DNA from: an uncultured Bacteroidales bacterium
Lineage (GTDB): Bacteria > Bacteroidota > Bacteroidia > Bacteroidales > VadinHA17
DNA: 64,000 bases
Direction: 5' to 3'
Assembly: GCA_963756885.1 (NCBI GenBank)
Contig: CAVWPG010000004.1
Span: forward strand, 443,234 to 507,233
Below the pieces are notes generated by a model. The model was given only the letters and a program-made list of their open reading frames with translations, was not told where the DNA came from and ran no database searches. This document shows, one piece after another, positions 10,397 through 21,664 of this stretch. Made by a program: the position numbers and the translations under genes. The first letter of the stretch is position 1; each line of letters starts with the position of its first letter.

Positions 10397-10628
10397 GGGC
10401 AGTTTATGTATTAGTAAGCTTAAAGGGTTGAAGCTATTAAATATACAAAAAATTATGGATTATCTGACTCTTCCTGTAATTATAGATCCCTGACCCGGGA
10501 ATGGAAGAAGAGTCTCCTGAAAAGTCAATTTGGCACGCAATTTGTTCTTAAATAAGAAATACCAGCAATCTCAATCATATACTTGATCTTTCAAGGTCAG
10601 CCAGGCTCAAAGCCTGGCTTTCTTGCTT

Positions 10629-11621
10629 TTATGCAAATGGCTTATAGCCAATTATCTGCCTTACCTCCCTGACTGTTTTCGCAGCGCTCTCCCTTGCCTT
10701 TTCTGCACCTGCTGCAACAACCTTTGCGAGGTACTTATTATCTGAACTGATACTTGAAATCTTTTCTCTTATGGGTTCGGTAAATTTTATGATGTCCTCT
10801 GCCAGCTGCTTTTTCATATCCCCATACCTTATTTCGCACGAGGCATGCTTCTCCCTGAAATATGTCAGGGTTTCCGGAGCCGATACGACATTCATGATTG
10901 TAAAAAGGTTCTGGACCGGTTCCGAAGGTTTCTCATTCGGCTTTACAGGCCCAGTGTCGGTAACCGCCCGCATTACTTTTTTCCTGATCTCCTGCGGCGT
11001 ATCTGCCAGAAAGATCCCGTTCCCCTCGCTCTTCCCCATTTTACCGGTTCCATCCAGCCCGGGTATCTTGACAAGCTGTTTTCCGAAATTATATGCATCG
11101 GGCTCCGGAAAATACTCAACGCCATACATTGTATTGAATCTCCTTGCAAATCTTCTTGTCATCTCAAGATGCTGCTCCTGATCCTTCCCGACAGGTACTT
11201 TATTTGCCCTGTGTATAATAATATCGGCTGCCATAAGTACCGGGTAGGTAAGCAGGCCAGCATTTATATTGTCAGGCTGCTTTCTTATCTTTTCCTTGAA
11301 TGATGTGGTTCGCTCAAGTTCCCCAACATATGCATTCATGTTCAGAAGCAGGTAGAGCTCTGAAACTTCAGGTACATCGCTCTGGATGAAAACCGTTGCA
11401 ATATCCGGGTCGATACCGCAGGCAAGATACTCTGCGAGAACCTGCCTTATGTTTCCATGCAGGTCATCAGGATGGGGATGGGTAGTCAGGGCGTGGTAAT
11501 CGGCAATGAAAAAAAAGCACCTGTTCTCCGTCTGCATCTTCAGGAAATTCCCTATGGCCCCGAAATAATTCCCCAGGTGAAGATTGCCCGTCGATCTGAT
11601 TCCACTGACTACTGTATCCAT
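10629..11621 (-). CDS. trpS: Tryptophan--tRNA ligase
   Basis: HLGN (HIGH), YPVLMAADI, VPVGKDQEQH, KMGKS (KMSKS). Confidence 0.97.
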   Translation of the reverse strand: MDTVVSGIRSTGNLHLGNYFGAIGNFLKMQTENRCFFFIADYHALTTHPHPDDLHGNIRQVLAEYLACGIDPDIATVFIQSDVPEVSELYLLLNMNAYVGELERTTSFKEKIRKQPDNINAGLLTYPVLMAADIIIHRANKVPVGKDQEQHLEMTRRFARRFNTMYGVEYFPEPDAYNFGKQLVKIPGLDGTGKMGKSEGNGIFLADTPQEIRKKVMRAVTDTGPVKPNEKPSEPVQNLFTIMNVVSAPETLTYFREKHASCEIRYGDMKKQLAEDIIKFTEPIREKISSISSDNKYLAKVVAAGAEKARESAAKTVREVRQIIGYKPFA

Positions 11622-11646
11622 TAGCTTAATTTATAAAGATCAGGCG

Positions 11647-11758
11647 CAAAGCTAATAAAAAAGGTATTATTCAACAACGCTTCCCCAAAACGAGGCATAA
11701 GGCCGGAACCATTAAGCCTTCATGCGGTTATGCCTTTAATCCTTTTTTACTACCTTTG
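11647..11758. promoter_or_regulatory. Divergent Bacteroidota sigma70 -7 boxes for trpS and the rbfA operon
   Basis: TAGCTTTG on minus (11647-11654) and TACCTTTG on plus (11751-11758) match TAnnTTTG. Confidence 0.6.
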
Positions 11759-11776
11759 ACTCATAAAAACAGGGCC

Positions 11777-12115
11777 ATGGAATCAACACGACAAAAAAAA
11801 GTATCCCGACTTATCCAGAAAGAGCTGGCCGACATCTTTCTTAGAAAAGGGAATGAATTTGCTCATGGCAAGTTAGTCTCCATAACAAGAGTGCGGGTAA
11901 GTCCCGATCTCTCTTTTGCCAAGGTTTATATAAGCATTTTCCCCGCGACGGATCAGGATGATATTCTTCATTCAATACAGGATCTCAGTTCAAAAATAAG
12001 GTATGATCTTGGTCAGAAGATCAGATCACAGCTCCGGATAGTACCGGATATAGCTTTCCATATCGATGACAGCCTCGACTATATAGATAAAATTGATAAG
12101 CTGCTGAAATCCTGA
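11777..12115 (+). CDS. rbfA: Ribosome-binding factor A
   Basis: MESTRQKKV, VSPDLSFAKVY, LRIVPD..F..DDS motifs. Confidence 0.95.
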   Translation: MESTRQKKVSRLIQKELADIFLRKGNEFAHGKLVSITRVRVSPDLSFAKVYISIFPATDQDDILHSIQDLSSKIRYDLGQKIRSQLRIVPDIAFHIDDSLDYIDKIDKLLKS

Positions 12116-12118
12116 TTT

Positions 12119-12928
12119 ATGCAATACGAACCTATTAAAAGATCTGTCAGCAGATTCTTCACGGGGCCGCCCGTAATGCGTAAAATGCTCTATTTATTGC
12201 TCGACCTGCTTCTGCTGCGGACCTGGCATGTAAAAAAAGCTCTCAGGGAAATAGCACCCGAATACCCAGGTCCGGCAAATGTACTGGATGCAGGATCAGG
12301 ATTCGGCCAGTATACCTGGAGGATGAGCCGCATGAACCAGCAGTGGAAGATCAAGGCTATAGATATAAACAGCGATCATACAGATGACTGCACAAGGTTT
12401 TTCGGGAAGGCAGGGCTTTCAGACAGGGTTAAATTTGAAACCGGAGACCTGACCGGGCTCAGTGAAAGGAACATCTATAACATAATCCTCTCGGTCGATG
12501 TGATGGAGCACATTGAGGAAGATACAAAAGTCTTCAGAAATTTCTGCAATGCCCTTCAGGAAAACGGAGTGCTGCTGATCTCAACGCCTTCAGATCAGGG
12601 GGGCTCGGATGTTCACAGCGATACTGAGGAATCGTTCATCGATGAACATGTGAGGGACGGATACAGTATAGCAGATATTTCCGCAAAACTGTCAGCCGCC
12701 GGGTTCAGGATTATTGAGGCCTCATATACATACGGATGGCCGGGGAATATTTCATGGCGAATTTCAATGAAGTACCCGGTACGGATGCTGAATATCTCCT
12801 TCCTTTTCTTCCTGCTGCTGCCATTCTATTATGCTGTCTTTTATCCCATTTCAGTGATTCTCAATTTTCTCGACCTCCATACAACCCATAAGTCGGGAAC
12901 GGGATTACTTGTCAAAGCGAGAAAATAA
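12119..12928 (+). CDS. Class I SAM-dependent methyltransferase
   Basis: VLDAGSGFG motif I; VDVMEHIEED. Confidence 0.88.
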   Translation: MQYEPIKRSVSRFFTGPPVMRKMLYLLLDLLLLRTWHVKKALREIAPEYPGPANVLDAGSGFGQYTWRMSRMNQQWKIKAIDINSDHTDDCTRFFGKAGLSDRVKFETGDLTGLSERNIYNIILSVDVMEHIEEDTKVFRNFCNALQENGVLLISTPSDQGGSDVHSDTEESFIDEHVRDGYSIADISAKLSAAGFRIIEASYTYGWPGNISWRISMKYPVRMLNISFLFFLLLPFYYAVFYPISVILNFLDLHTTHKSGTGLLVKARK

Positions 12929-12933
12929 ATACT

Positions 12934-14154
12934 GTGAAGCTCTCCCTGTACATAGCAAAAAGATACCTGCTCGCCAAAAAATCGCGAAATGCAATTAATG
13001 TGATTTCGGGGGTATCGGTGGCGGGGGTTGCCGTGGGTACCATGGCTCTGATAATAATACTGTCTGTCTTCAACGGACTGGAGACCATGGTAAGATCGAT
13101 ATTCAATACTTTTGATCCCGACATAAAGATCACAGCCGCAGAAGGCAAGACCTTCAGCCCCGATACGGCAAGGCTGAAAAAGCTGGCAACGGTCGACGGA
13201 TTGTCCTGCTATTCACTTACCCTTGAGGAAAATGCACTTCTCAAATACGGTGACCGCCAGTACATTGCCACAATCAAGGGAGTTGACGACAATTATACGG
13301 CTGTTACGGATATTGACAGCTCAATGTGGGAAGGGGAGTTTACACTTATGTCGGACCGCGGAAGACCATATGCTGTTCCGGGCGTTGGAGTAGCCCAGTC
13401 GCTTGGAATAAGGGTCAATTTTATTACTCCTCTTAATATTTACGTGCCCCGTAAATCAGGGAATCCTACCGATGCTGAAAATGCCTTCAACAGAAAATAC
13501 ATCTTCCCCTCTGGTATTTTCCAGATTGAAAAGGAGTATGATTCAAAGTATGTCTACATACCCCTTCGGTTTGCCCGTGAGCTTACGGAAATTGAAGACG
13601 GAGTGACCGCAATTGAGATCAAATTCACCCAAAATGCCAATCCTTCATCCGTACAGAAGAAAATTAAAAAGATCTACGACAAGGGGTTCCTCGTAAGGAA
13701 CAGGTACGAACAGCAGGAGATCTTCTATAAGGTCATGCAGGCCGAGAGGCTTGCAATATTCTTTATTCTCACCCTTATACTTACAATTGCCTCGTTCAAT
13801 ATAATCGGGTCGCTCACCATGCTCATCATTGAAAAGGAAAGGGATATTGAGATCCTTAAGAGCCTCGGAGCCAACAACGACCTTATAAGAAAGATCTTTA
13901 TATTTGAGGGTTGGATGATATCAATTGCAGGAGCGGCTATGGGATTGATAATGGGATTCATTATCTGCTGGATACAACAGACATTCGGGATTGTCAAGCT
14001 CCAGAGCGAGACGCTCATAATGGATTCGTATCCCGTTGTAATGAAATTGAAGGACTTTTTAATAGTGCCAGCGACAGTACTATTGATAGGATACTGGGCG
14101 GCATGGTACCCGGTGAGGTTCCTTACAAGGAAATTGCTTAACAAGGATGTTTAG
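12934..14154 (+). CDS. LolC/E (FtsX-like) ABC permease
   Basis: YIAKRYL start, ILSVFNG, EKERDIEILKSLGA, IFIFEG. Confidence 0.88.
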   Translation: MKLSLYIAKRYLLAKKSRNAINVISGVSVAGVAVGTMALIIILSVFNGLETMVRSIFNTFDPDIKITAAEGKTFSPDTARLKKLATVDGLSCYSLTLEENALLKYGDRQYIATIKGVDDNYTAVTDIDSSMWEGEFTLMSDRGRPYAVPGVGVAQSLGIRVNFITPLNIYVPRKSGNPTDAENAFNRKYIFPSGIFQIEKEYDSKYVYIPLRFARELTEIEDGVTAIEIKFTQNANPSSVQKKIKKIYDKGFLVRNRYEQQEIFYKVMQAERLAIFFILTLILTIASFNIIGSLTMLIIEKERDIEILKSLGANNDLIRKIFIFEGWMISIAGAAMGLIMGFIICWIQQTFGIVKLQSETLIMDSYPVVMKLKDFLIVPATVLLIGYWAAWYPVRFLTRKLLNKDV

Positions 14155-14220
14155 GGAGATTGCTGATTCCGGTAGCTTAACTGGAAAAAGCAGAATGACC
14201 AGATAATAATATTACTCAAG

Positions 14221-14994
14221 ATGATCAGGTTTCTATCAGCTGCACTTATTGCCCTCTCCCTGCTAAACTCTTCCTGCGAGAGCAGAAGGACCAGGATTGA
14301 CAGGAAGAACCTGATCCCTGAGAATGAACTTGTTCCGTTGCTTACAGATATTTACCTGACCGACGGACTCATAGGAATGCCCAGGATAATAATGAAATAT
14401 CCTCCCATCGATTCCCTTTCGACCTATACCAATGTGATAGAAAAGCACGGATATACAAAAGAAGCTCTCGATAAGACGTTAAAATACTATTTTGTCAAAA
14501 ATCCGAAAAAGCTGATTAAGATCTATGACAGGGTGCTGAGCAGGCTGAGCAAAATGGAGTCGCTTATTCAGAAGGAGCTGGCCAGGTCAAGGTCAAAAAC
14601 AGGAAACTTGTGGCCGGGACAGGATTCATATTCCTTCCCTGATCCCGATGCCTCCGATTCAACATCCTTCTCCCTTTTATTCAAACAGCCGGGCTATTAT
14701 ACATTAACATTTTCGGCAATCCTTTTCCCCGATGATCAATCGCTCAATCCTCACCTGATTGCCTATTCCTGCAATTCAGACAGTCTCGAAACGGGCAGGA
14801 GGCGCTATGTCAAGCCTGTATGTTATATTAAGGATGGCCGCGAACATAAATACAGCGTTGTTTTTTCAATCCCCCCAAAAACCCCGACACAGATAAGGGG
14901 GTCTCTTTATGAATCTGACAACTACCCCGGCGAGTGGGGAAAACATATGGCTATACAGAATATATCGTTCGTATATTCCCTTGTAGAATTATGA
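14221..14994 (+). CDS. DUF4296-like lipoprotein
   Basis: Lipobox-like LNSSC; LIPENELVPLLTDIYL..DG and KHG..K..LD.TL.YY pattern. Confidence 0.7.
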   Translation: MIRFLSAALIALSLLNSSCESRRTRIDRKNLIPENELVPLLTDIYLTDGLIGMPRIIMKYPPIDSLSTYTNVIEKHGYTKEALDKTLKYYFVKNPKKLIKIYDRVLSRLSKMESLIQKELARSRSKTGNLWPGQDSYSFPDPDASDSTSFSLLFKQPGYYTLTFSAILFPDDQSLNPHLIAYSCNSDSLETGRRRYVKPVCYIKDGREHKYSVVFSIPPKTPTQIRGSLYESDNYPGEWGKHMAIQNISFVYSLVEL

Positions 14995-16166
14995 TCAAAT
15001 TTTCGGCCCAGTACATAATAACCAACTCCGGCCCCCCCTTAAAAAGAGGAATCGTAACAACCGATGACAGTGGTACAATTCTCAGCGTTGAAGATACCCA
15101 CGGAGACCTCCGGGAGAGCGGATCGCTCGAATTTCATAATGGCATTATAGTCCCAGGGTTTGTAAATACACATTGTCATCTCGAGCTGTCTCATATGAAG
15201 GGAACAATAAGCCCCGGGGAAGGCCTCATCGGGTTTATAAACCAGGTAAGGTCATCACGATCCGCTGCAGGGGAATCGATTCAGAAAGCCTCCGGGAATG
15301 CAGACAGAGATATGTACGGGGCAGGTGTAAATCTTTGCGCGGATATCTGCAATACGGAGGTCACCTTCAGTTTAAAGAAGAAGAGCCGGATTAAATATGT
15401 AAATCTTCTTGAAGTATTCGGTATCGATCCGCTGAAAGCCCCGCGAAGGATGGAAGAAATAAAAAGAGTCTCAGAAATCGCTGCCGGCGAGGGGCTTGAA
15501 TTCTATCTTGTTCCCCATTCAGTCTATTCAGTGTCACTGCCACTTTTCAGGCTCCTCGGGAAAGAAACCGTAAAAAACAAGGTAACTTCTATCCATTTCA
15601 TGGAAAATCCTGATGAAGAAGAGCTTGTGGAGAGACATTCCGGAGCCATGATGAACTCATATATTAAGTCGGGACTGATCTCTTCGGATCCGTCAACAGT
15701 AAAAAGCCATGCCGACGCCGTAGTCAACGAGATCACCCGAAATGGCAATCTGATTCTCGTGCACAATACCTTTGCAGACAGAAAGACAATAAGCGAGGTC
15801 AGGACCAGGACCAATCTCTTCTGGTGCCTCTGCCCCGGATCAAATCTGTATATAGAGAACAGGGTACCTCCGGCTGATCTGCTGCGTGACGAAGGGTGCA
15901 ACATTACAATTGGTACCGACAGCCTGGCCTCGAACAGTAAGCTCGACATCCTTGCCGAACTTAAGATTCTCCAGATTCACTTCCCCCACCTTTCAATACC
16001 TGAACTTGTATTATGGGCAACTCTTAACGGGGCAAAAGCGCTCGGGAAGGAAAATGAGTTCGGGATTATCGGCGAGGGTAAAAAACCGGGACTTCTCCTT
16101 CTCTCTAATGTGGATCTTCAGAGTATGAAGCTACTGCCGGAGAGCATCGTAACCAGGTTAACATAA
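14991..16166 (+). CDS. Metal-dependent amidohydrolase/deaminase
   Basis: PGFVNTHCHLELS, PHSVYS, SIHFME, GTDSLAS, ATLNGAKAL; ATG at 14991 overlaps the upstream stop. Confidence 0.88.
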   Translation: MIKFSAQYIITNSGPPLKRGIVTTDDSGTILSVEDTHGDLRESGSLEFHNGIIVPGFVNTHCHLELSHMKGTISPGEGLIGFINQVRSSRSAAGESIQKASGNADRDMYGAGVNLCADICNTEVTFSLKKKSRIKYVNLLEVFGIDPLKAPRRMEEIKRVSEIAAGEGLEFYLVPHSVYSVSLPLFRLLGKETVKNKVTSIHFMENPDEEELVERHSGAMMNSYIKSGLISSDPSTVKSHADAVVNEITRNGNLILVHNTFADRKTISEVRTRTNLFWCLCPGSNLYIENRVPPADLLRDEGCNITIGTDSLASNSKLDILAELKILQIHFPHLSIPELVLWATLNGAKALGKENEFGIIGEGKKPGLLLLSNVDLQSMKLLPESIVTRLT

Positions 16167-16222
16167 GTTAATATTAAAAGTATTGTCCAATTTATGCTAA
16201 TTTTGGGCCGGAACGATTTATT

Positions 16223-17008
16223 ATGGCAACCTTTCTTTTTGACGAGATAATTTTCGGGCCTGTGCGAAGCAGGAGACTGGGTGTATCGCTTGGTATTAAC
16301 CTTCTGCCCACAAAGAGAAAGCTTTGCAATTTCAATTGTATCTACTGCGAGTGCGGCTGGACAGGAACCGGTGAAACATTTTCATCCCGTTTGCCAGGCA
16401 GGCAGGATGTTTTCAACGCACTTGAAAGCAAGCTCGCCCTGATGAAGGAAAGAGATGAGAGACCCGATGTAATAACCTATGCCGGCAACGGGGAACCTAC
16501 TCTCCATCCCGAATTTCCGGGGATAATTGACGACAGTATTGCTCTCAGGGACCTGTATTTCCCCGATGCAAAAATTGCCGTCCTTTCAAACTCGACGACT
16601 ATCCGTGACGGGAAGGTGAAATCAGCCCTGATGAAGGTGGATAAGAATATTCTGAAACTTGATTCTGCCTTCGATGCAACCGTCTCAATCCATAATCAGC
16701 CCTCGGCCAGGATAAATGTGAGTGCCCTAATCGACGATCTTGCAGGCTTCAGGGGAAAGCTTATTATCCAGACTCTCTTCCTGCGAGGGCTCTTTAACGG
16801 CCGGGTTATTGACAATACAACGCCGGAAGAGCTCGAAGCATGGTTCAGGGCAGTTGAAAGGATCAGGCCACAGGAGGTCATGATCTACACAATCTCCAGG
16901 GACACGCCTCCTGAAGGAGGAGAGCTGCATAAAGTACCTGCAAAGGAACTGAAGGCAATTGCGGCTGTAGTGGAGGGTCTTGGAATTAAAACTCAGGTAT
17001 CTTCTTAA
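16223..17008 (+). CDS. Radical SAM protein (TYW1-like Fe-S oxidoreductase family)
   Basis: FGPVRSRRLGVSLG, CNFNCIYC, GNGEPTLHP. Confidence 0.88.
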   Translation: MATFLFDEIIFGPVRSRRLGVSLGINLLPTKRKLCNFNCIYCECGWTGTGETFSSRLPGRQDVFNALESKLALMKERDERPDVITYAGNGEPTLHPEFPGIIDDSIALRDLYFPDAKIAVLSNSTTIRDGKVKSALMKVDKNILKLDSAFDATVSIHNQPSARINVSALIDDLAGFRGKLIIQTLFLRGLFNGRVIDNTTPEELEAWFRAVERIRPQEVMIYTISRDTPPEGGELHKVPAKELKAIAAVVEGLGIKTQVSS

Positions 17009-17010
17009 TA

Positions 17011-18102
17011 TTGACCACGCAGCATAATATAATGATCTGTCCCCTTGAATGGGGATTGGGGCATGCCACACGCATGATACCTGTTGCAGTTAAGCTGATG
17101 GAAATGGGTCAGAAGGTATACGTTGCCTCAGGGAAAGAACATCTTGATCTTTACCGGTCGGAATTGCCCGGAGTGACCTGCATCAATTTCCCCGGCTTCA
17201 GGCCGGCCTATTCAGGGCATCTGCCTCAATACATTCCGCTGCTGCTCAAATCGCCGCTGCTGATTTTTCATATCGTAAGGGAACATTTGCGCCTAAGGAA
17301 AGTAATTGGTGAATTCGAGATAGATATCGTCATTAGCGATAACAGGTTCGGCCTCTGGAATAAGAAGATCAGGACTGTCTATGTTACCCACCAGCCACGC
17401 ATTCCATTCCCACGGCCTTTCAGGTTCCTCGAGTTCATCGGGATCCTCCTTCACAGGAGCATTATAAGAAAGTTTACCCTTTGCTTCATCCCGGACCTCC
17501 CGGGGGAATCAAATCTCAGCGGCAGGCTTTCCCATGGACTCAAGCTCCCTGAAAATGTAATGTATATCGGGATCCTTTCGAGGTTTTCAGGTAAAGACAA
17601 TTCTTATGCACGCAGGGCCGTTGCCAGGGGACACAATACTGTAATTCTCTCGGGGCCGGAGCCTCAGAGAGCAATTTTCAGGGATAAGGTTACTGAGTAT
17701 CTTAAGGAGGATGAGTTACAGACTGCAGTTCTCGAGGGAAGACCCGGGAGCGGCAGGGAGATCGGAGCAACAGGCAATGTTATCTCCTATAGTCATCTGC
17801 CGGCACCAGAAATGGAAAAGGTTATTTCATCAGGCGAAAAAATCATAACACGGGCTGGCTACTCCACAATCATGGAGCTGGTGAGCCTCGGGCGAAGCGC
17901 ACTGCTTGTTCCGACACCCGGCCAGACTGAACAGGAATACCTGGCTGAGTACCTGTCATCAAAAGGGTTATTCTCAGCATGCAACCAGAAAAACCTGAAC
18001 AAGGGTTTTGAGTATAGCCCTGAACCTGTAGGGTGGACCGGGAGAATGATTGAAGAAAGCAGGGATCTGCTCGAAACTGCTTTGACAGAGCTGTTAAAAT
18101 AA
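17011..18102 (+). CDS. Glycosyltransferase (GT28 C-terminal/MurG-like)
   Basis: WGLGHATR, ISDNRFG, RAGYSTIMEL, PTPGQTEQEYLA. Confidence 0.88.
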   Translation: MTTQHNIMICPLEWGLGHATRMIPVAVKLMEMGQKVYVASGKEHLDLYRSELPGVTCINFPGFRPAYSGHLPQYIPLLLKSPLLIFHIVREHLRLRKVIGEFEIDIVISDNRFGLWNKKIRTVYVTHQPRIPFPRPFRFLEFIGILLHRSIIRKFTLCFIPDLPGESNLSGRLSHGLKLPENVMYIGILSRFSGKDNSYARRAVARGHNTVILSGPEPQRAIFRDKVTEYLKEDELQTAVLEGRPGSGREIGATGNVISYSHLPAPEMEKVISSGEKIITRAGYSTIMELVSLGRSALLVPTPGQTEQEYLAEYLSSKGLFSACNQKNLNKGFEYSPEPVGWTGRMIEESRDLLETALTELLK

Positions 18103-18726
18103 CATGGCTATAGCTGAAAATCCGACAAGTCCGGCGGAAAATCCCAGCCATACCTGTCCTGAACTGCTGTGCTTAAGCTGAAGCCTGGAGGAGAGCAATA
18201 GTCCGACGGCCAGAATTACAGGGATCAGTATCCACAAAAGAGAGGTGTCCATCTTAACCGACAGTACGAGTACGATTGCAATAAGCATTCCTGCCCCAAT
18301 GGAATGCAGTGAAATTTTCCACCACAAATTGATCACCGTTGCCATAAGCGAAAGAAAAGAGAGGGCAATGAAAAAGGATTTAAGAAAATTAGGAACGGGG
18401 AATCTGAAAATCAGGTATGTGGTTACAGAGTATAAGATTGTGCTTATGATCAGGGGGATGACCCTGTCTTTTCGTTCATGCATAAACCATGAGCTTATTA
18501 TCTTCCTGTGAACAAAAACCGGCATCAGGGATATTGGCAACAGTATATTGTTTACAAGCACGATAAGGATTACAAGCTTCTTGAGCTCATATGGCAGGTA
18601 GTTATAGATTGTAGGCGCCAGAAAGATAATGGTCAGGCCATATACCGGCACCAGGAAAGGGTGAAGTATAACCGAAACCACGCCCGCAAGCTTATCCGGG
18701 AAAGATGAAGATCCGCTGTTTTCCAT
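18094..18726 (-). CDS. PAP2-like integral membrane protein
   Basis: About 7 TM helices; KISLHS and SSRLQLKH motifs; directly downstream of rpoN. Confidence 0.7.
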   Translation of the reverse strand: MENSGSSSFPDKLAGVVSVILHPFLVPVYGLTIIFLAPTIYNYLPYELKKLVILIVLVNNILLPISLMPVFVHRKIISSWFMHERKDRVIPLIISTILYSVTTYLIFRFPVPNFLKSFFIALSFLSLMATVINLWWKISLHSIGAGMLIAIVLVLSVKMDTSLLWILIPVILAVGLLLSSRLQLKHSSSGQVWLGFSAGLVGFSAIAMLF

Positions 18727-18781
18727 TCAGGGTTTATAATTATCGTTAATATTAAAAATGCATTCTCCGGGGCCGGCCCTG

Positions 18782-20236
18782 TTAGATCTCTCTCCTCAGC
18801 CTGGCAACCGGTATATTGAGTTGCTCACGGTATTTTGCAACAGTCCTTCGGGCAATCTGATAGCCCTTTTCCTGGAGTATTTCAGTGAGCCTTTCATCTG
18901 TTAGGGGTCTTCTCTTGTGCTCGTTCTCTATACAATCCTGCAGGATGCGCTTTATCTCCCTTGTGGATACCTCTTCCCCGCTGTCAGTCTGGAGACCTTC
19001 AGAAAAAAAGAATTTAAGCGGGAAAATCCCGAAGTGGGTCTGTATGTATTTGCTGTTTGCCACCCTCGATACTGTCGAAATATCCAGTCCGGTCATCTCG
19101 GCTACATCCTTGAGTATCATGGGACGCAATTTGGTCTCATCGCCATCGATGAAATAGTCCTGCTGGTATTCCAGTATGGCATTCATTGTAAGGAGAAGGG
19201 TATTTTGCCTCTGTTTGATTGCATCAATGAACCATTTGGCAGAATCGATCTTTTGCTTCACAAAAAGTGCCGCATCCTTCATCTCCTTCTTCTGGGTCTT
19301 GTCACGGCTGTAGGAATGGAGCATATCGCTGTATGCCGGACTCAGCCTCAGCTCGGGCAGATTCCTTGAATTCAGGTGCAGATCAAAACCATCCTCTGTA
19401 AGCTCGAGAATAAAATCGGGAATTATGGGCTGTGAAACCTTGCTGTAAGGATCGCTGTAGACTCCCCCCGGCTTCGGATTCAGCTTGAGTATCTCATCGA
19501 TAGCAGCTTTCAGCTCAGTCTCCGTGATCCCCAGCCGAAAAATTATCTTGTCATAATGTCTTTTTGTAAATTCCTCGAAATACTGGTCAAGGATAGAATG
19601 GGCCGTTTTGAGGGCGGGTAATGTATTTCCCCTTTTCTCGATCTGCAGCAGGAGGCATTCCCTGAGAGACCTGGCGCCGACACCTGCAGGTTCCAGATCC
19701 TGAATAACCTCGAGAACCTCCTGAAGTTCAGCTTCAGTTGTTTCAATATTCTGAAGGAAAGCAAGATCATCGACAATATTTATAAGATCACGTCGCAGGT
19801 ATCCATCCTCATCAATATTGCCTATTATATATTCTCCAAGTAACTTCTGCTTGTCGGTAAGATCCCTGAGGCTGAGCTGGGAATCGAGGTGCTCGTGAAA
19901 AGAGAATCCGACAGAAAAAGGGATCTCGGTCCTTTTATCCTCGTCCTTGTTATAGTTTTTCTCCTGCAGCCTGTAATCAGGAATATCGTCTTCCTCAATA
20001 TAATCGTCGAGTGTAAACTCCTCCTGGTCCTTATCGGATTCCTCGAACTGTTCTTCTTCCTGTTCCCCGCTTATTTCATCCTCTTCTGCACCCTCCTCAA
20101 GAGCAGGGTTCTCCTCCAGCTCCTTCTTGATCCGCTGCTCTATCTGCAATGTAGGAACCTCCAGAAGCTTAATCATCTGGATCTGCTGAGGAGATAACTT
20201 CTGAAGCAGCTTCTGCTGTAGTCTTTGCTTTAACAT
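18782..20236 (-). CDS. rpoN: RNA polymerase sigma-54 factor
   Basis: Q-rich region I, ENPALE, GVGARSLRECL, RpoN box ARRTVAKYRE. Confidence 0.97.
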   Translation of the reverse strand: MLKQRLQQKLLQKLSPQQIQMIKLLEVPTLQIEQRIKKELEENPALEEGAEEDEISGEQEEEQFEESDKDQEEFTLDDYIEEDDIPDYRLQEKNYNKDEDKRTEIPFSVGFSFHEHLDSQLSLRDLTDKQKLLGEYIIGNIDEDGYLRRDLINIVDDLAFLQNIETTEAELQEVLEVIQDLEPAGVGARSLRECLLLQIEKRGNTLPALKTAHSILDQYFEEFTKRHYDKIIFRLGITETELKAAIDEILKLNPKPGGVYSDPYSKVSQPIIPDFILELTEDGFDLHLNSRNLPELRLSPAYSDMLHSYSRDKTQKKEMKDAALFVKQKIDSAKWFIDAIKQRQNTLLLTMNAILEYQQDYFIDGDETKLRPMILKDVAEMTGLDISTVSRVANSKYIQTHFGIFPLKFFFSEGLQTDSGEEVSTREIKRILQDCIENEHKRRPLTDERLTEILQEKGYQIARRTVAKYREQLNIPVARLRREI

Positions 20237-20275
20237 GCTCTTCTTTTCCCCAAAAAAATTCCCGTTTAAGTTTTA

Positions 20276-21664
20276 CTAAAACTCTGCATTCTTCGGTGTC
20301 CTCGGAAACGGGATCACGTCCCTTATATTCGACATCCCTGTAACGAACAGGATCAATCGTTCAAAGCCGAGCCCGAAGCCACTATGGGGAGCTGTCCCAA
20401 ACCTTCTTGTATCGAGATACCACCACAGGTCTTTCTCAGGCATCTTCATCTCCCTGATCCTCGACATCAGCTTATCATAATCCTCCTCCCTTTGCGAACC
20501 TCCTATTATTTCTCCTATCCCGGGGAAGAGAACGTCCATTGCCCTCACTGTTTTGTTATCGTCATTCTGCTTCATGTAAAAAGCCTTGATCTCTTTAGGA
20601 TAATCCGTAAGGATCACTGGCCGGTTGAAATGTTCCTCCACAAGGTATCTCTCATGTTCAGCCTGAAGGTCGCGGCCCCATCCTACAGGAAAGTCCCACT
20701 TGCGCTTTGCAGCTGAAAGTATGTCCACTGCTTCCGTGTAGGTTATCCTTACGAAATCATTCTTTAGCACAAAATCGAGCCTTTCCAGAAGCTCCTTGTC
20801 TATCATGCTGTTCAGGAATTCGAGATCATCATGGCAATTCTCCAGGGCATAGCTGATGAGGTATTTGACAAACTCCTCCGCAAGATCCATATTGTCATTG
20901 AGATCGTAGAATGCCATTTCCGGTTCAATCATCCAGAATTCGGCAAGATGCCTTGGCGTATTTGAATTCTCGGCTCTGAAGGTGGGACCAAAAGTATAAA
21001 TATCACCCAATGAAAGTGCACCCAGTTCTCCCTCCAGCTGGCCCGAAACAGTCAGATTTGTTTCCCTGCCAAAAAAATCGTTTCTGAAATCGATACTTCC
21101 GTTTTCATTCCTTGGCATTTCCTTAAGGTCCATTGTTGTTACGTGGAACATCTCACCTGCACCTTCGGCATCGCTCCCTGTAATAATGGGTGTGTGCAGA
21201 TAGAAAAAGCCCTTGTCGTTAAAATATTTGTGAATGGCAAAGGCCATTGCATGCCTAATCCTGAATACAGCGCCAAAGGTATTTGTCCTGAAGCGAAGAT
21301 GAGCGATCTCCCTGAGAAATTCCATTGAGTGCCCCTTCTTCTGCAGTGGATAGGTTTCTGCATCACTTTTGCCATAGAGCTCAATTGCAGATGCATTTAT
21401 CTCCACGCTCTGCCCCTGTCCCTGCGAATTAACAAGCATTCCGGTTACAGCAAGGCAAGCACCGGTTGAAATATCCCTTAAAAGTCCTTCATCAAACGAT
21501 GCAACATCCACAACCACCTGAATGTTATTGATTGAAGAGCCGTCATTGAGAGCAATAAAGTTAATGTTCCTGTTCCCCCTCTTTGTCCTTACCCAGCCTT
21601 TGACAACTACTTCCTTACCCACGGGGGCTGCAGTTAATAACTCTTTTATTTTGGTTCTTTTCAT
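20276..21664 (-). CDS. asnS: Asparagine--tRNA ligase
   Basis: [36 protein letters not shown]. Confidence 0.97.
   Translation of the reverse strand: MKRTKIKELLTAAPVGKEVVVKGWVRTKRGNRNINFIALNDGSSINNIQVVVDVASFDEGLLRDISTGACLAVTGMLVNSQGQGQSVEINASAIELYGKSDAETYPLQKKGHSMEFLREIAHLRFRTNTFGAVFRIRHAMAFAIHKYFNDKGFFYLHTPIITGSDAEGAGEMFHVTTMDLKEMPRNENGSIDFRNDFFGRETNLTVSGQLEGELGALSLGDIYTFGPTFRAENSNTPRHLAEFWMIEPEMAFYDLNDNMDLAEEFVKYLISYALENCHDDLEFLNSMIDKELLERLDFVLKNDFVRITYTEAVDILSAAKRKWDFPVGWGRDLQAEHERYLVEEHFNRPVILTDYPKEIKAFYMKQNDDNKTVRAMDVLFPGIGEIIGGSQREEDYDKLMSRIREMKMPEKDLWWYLDTRRFGTAPHSGFGLGFERLILFVTGMSNIRDVIPFPRTPKNAEF

Noticed and set aside
10599-10619. AGCCAGGCTCAAAGCCTGGCT as a member of the tnpA REP family
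   Set aside because: Only the GGCT/AGCC core is shared; its position after trpS fits a terminator-like hairpin
16223-17008. Radical SAM as the maturase for the PqqD cassette
   Set aside because: TYW1-like housekeeping family, no SPASM domain, 23 kb away
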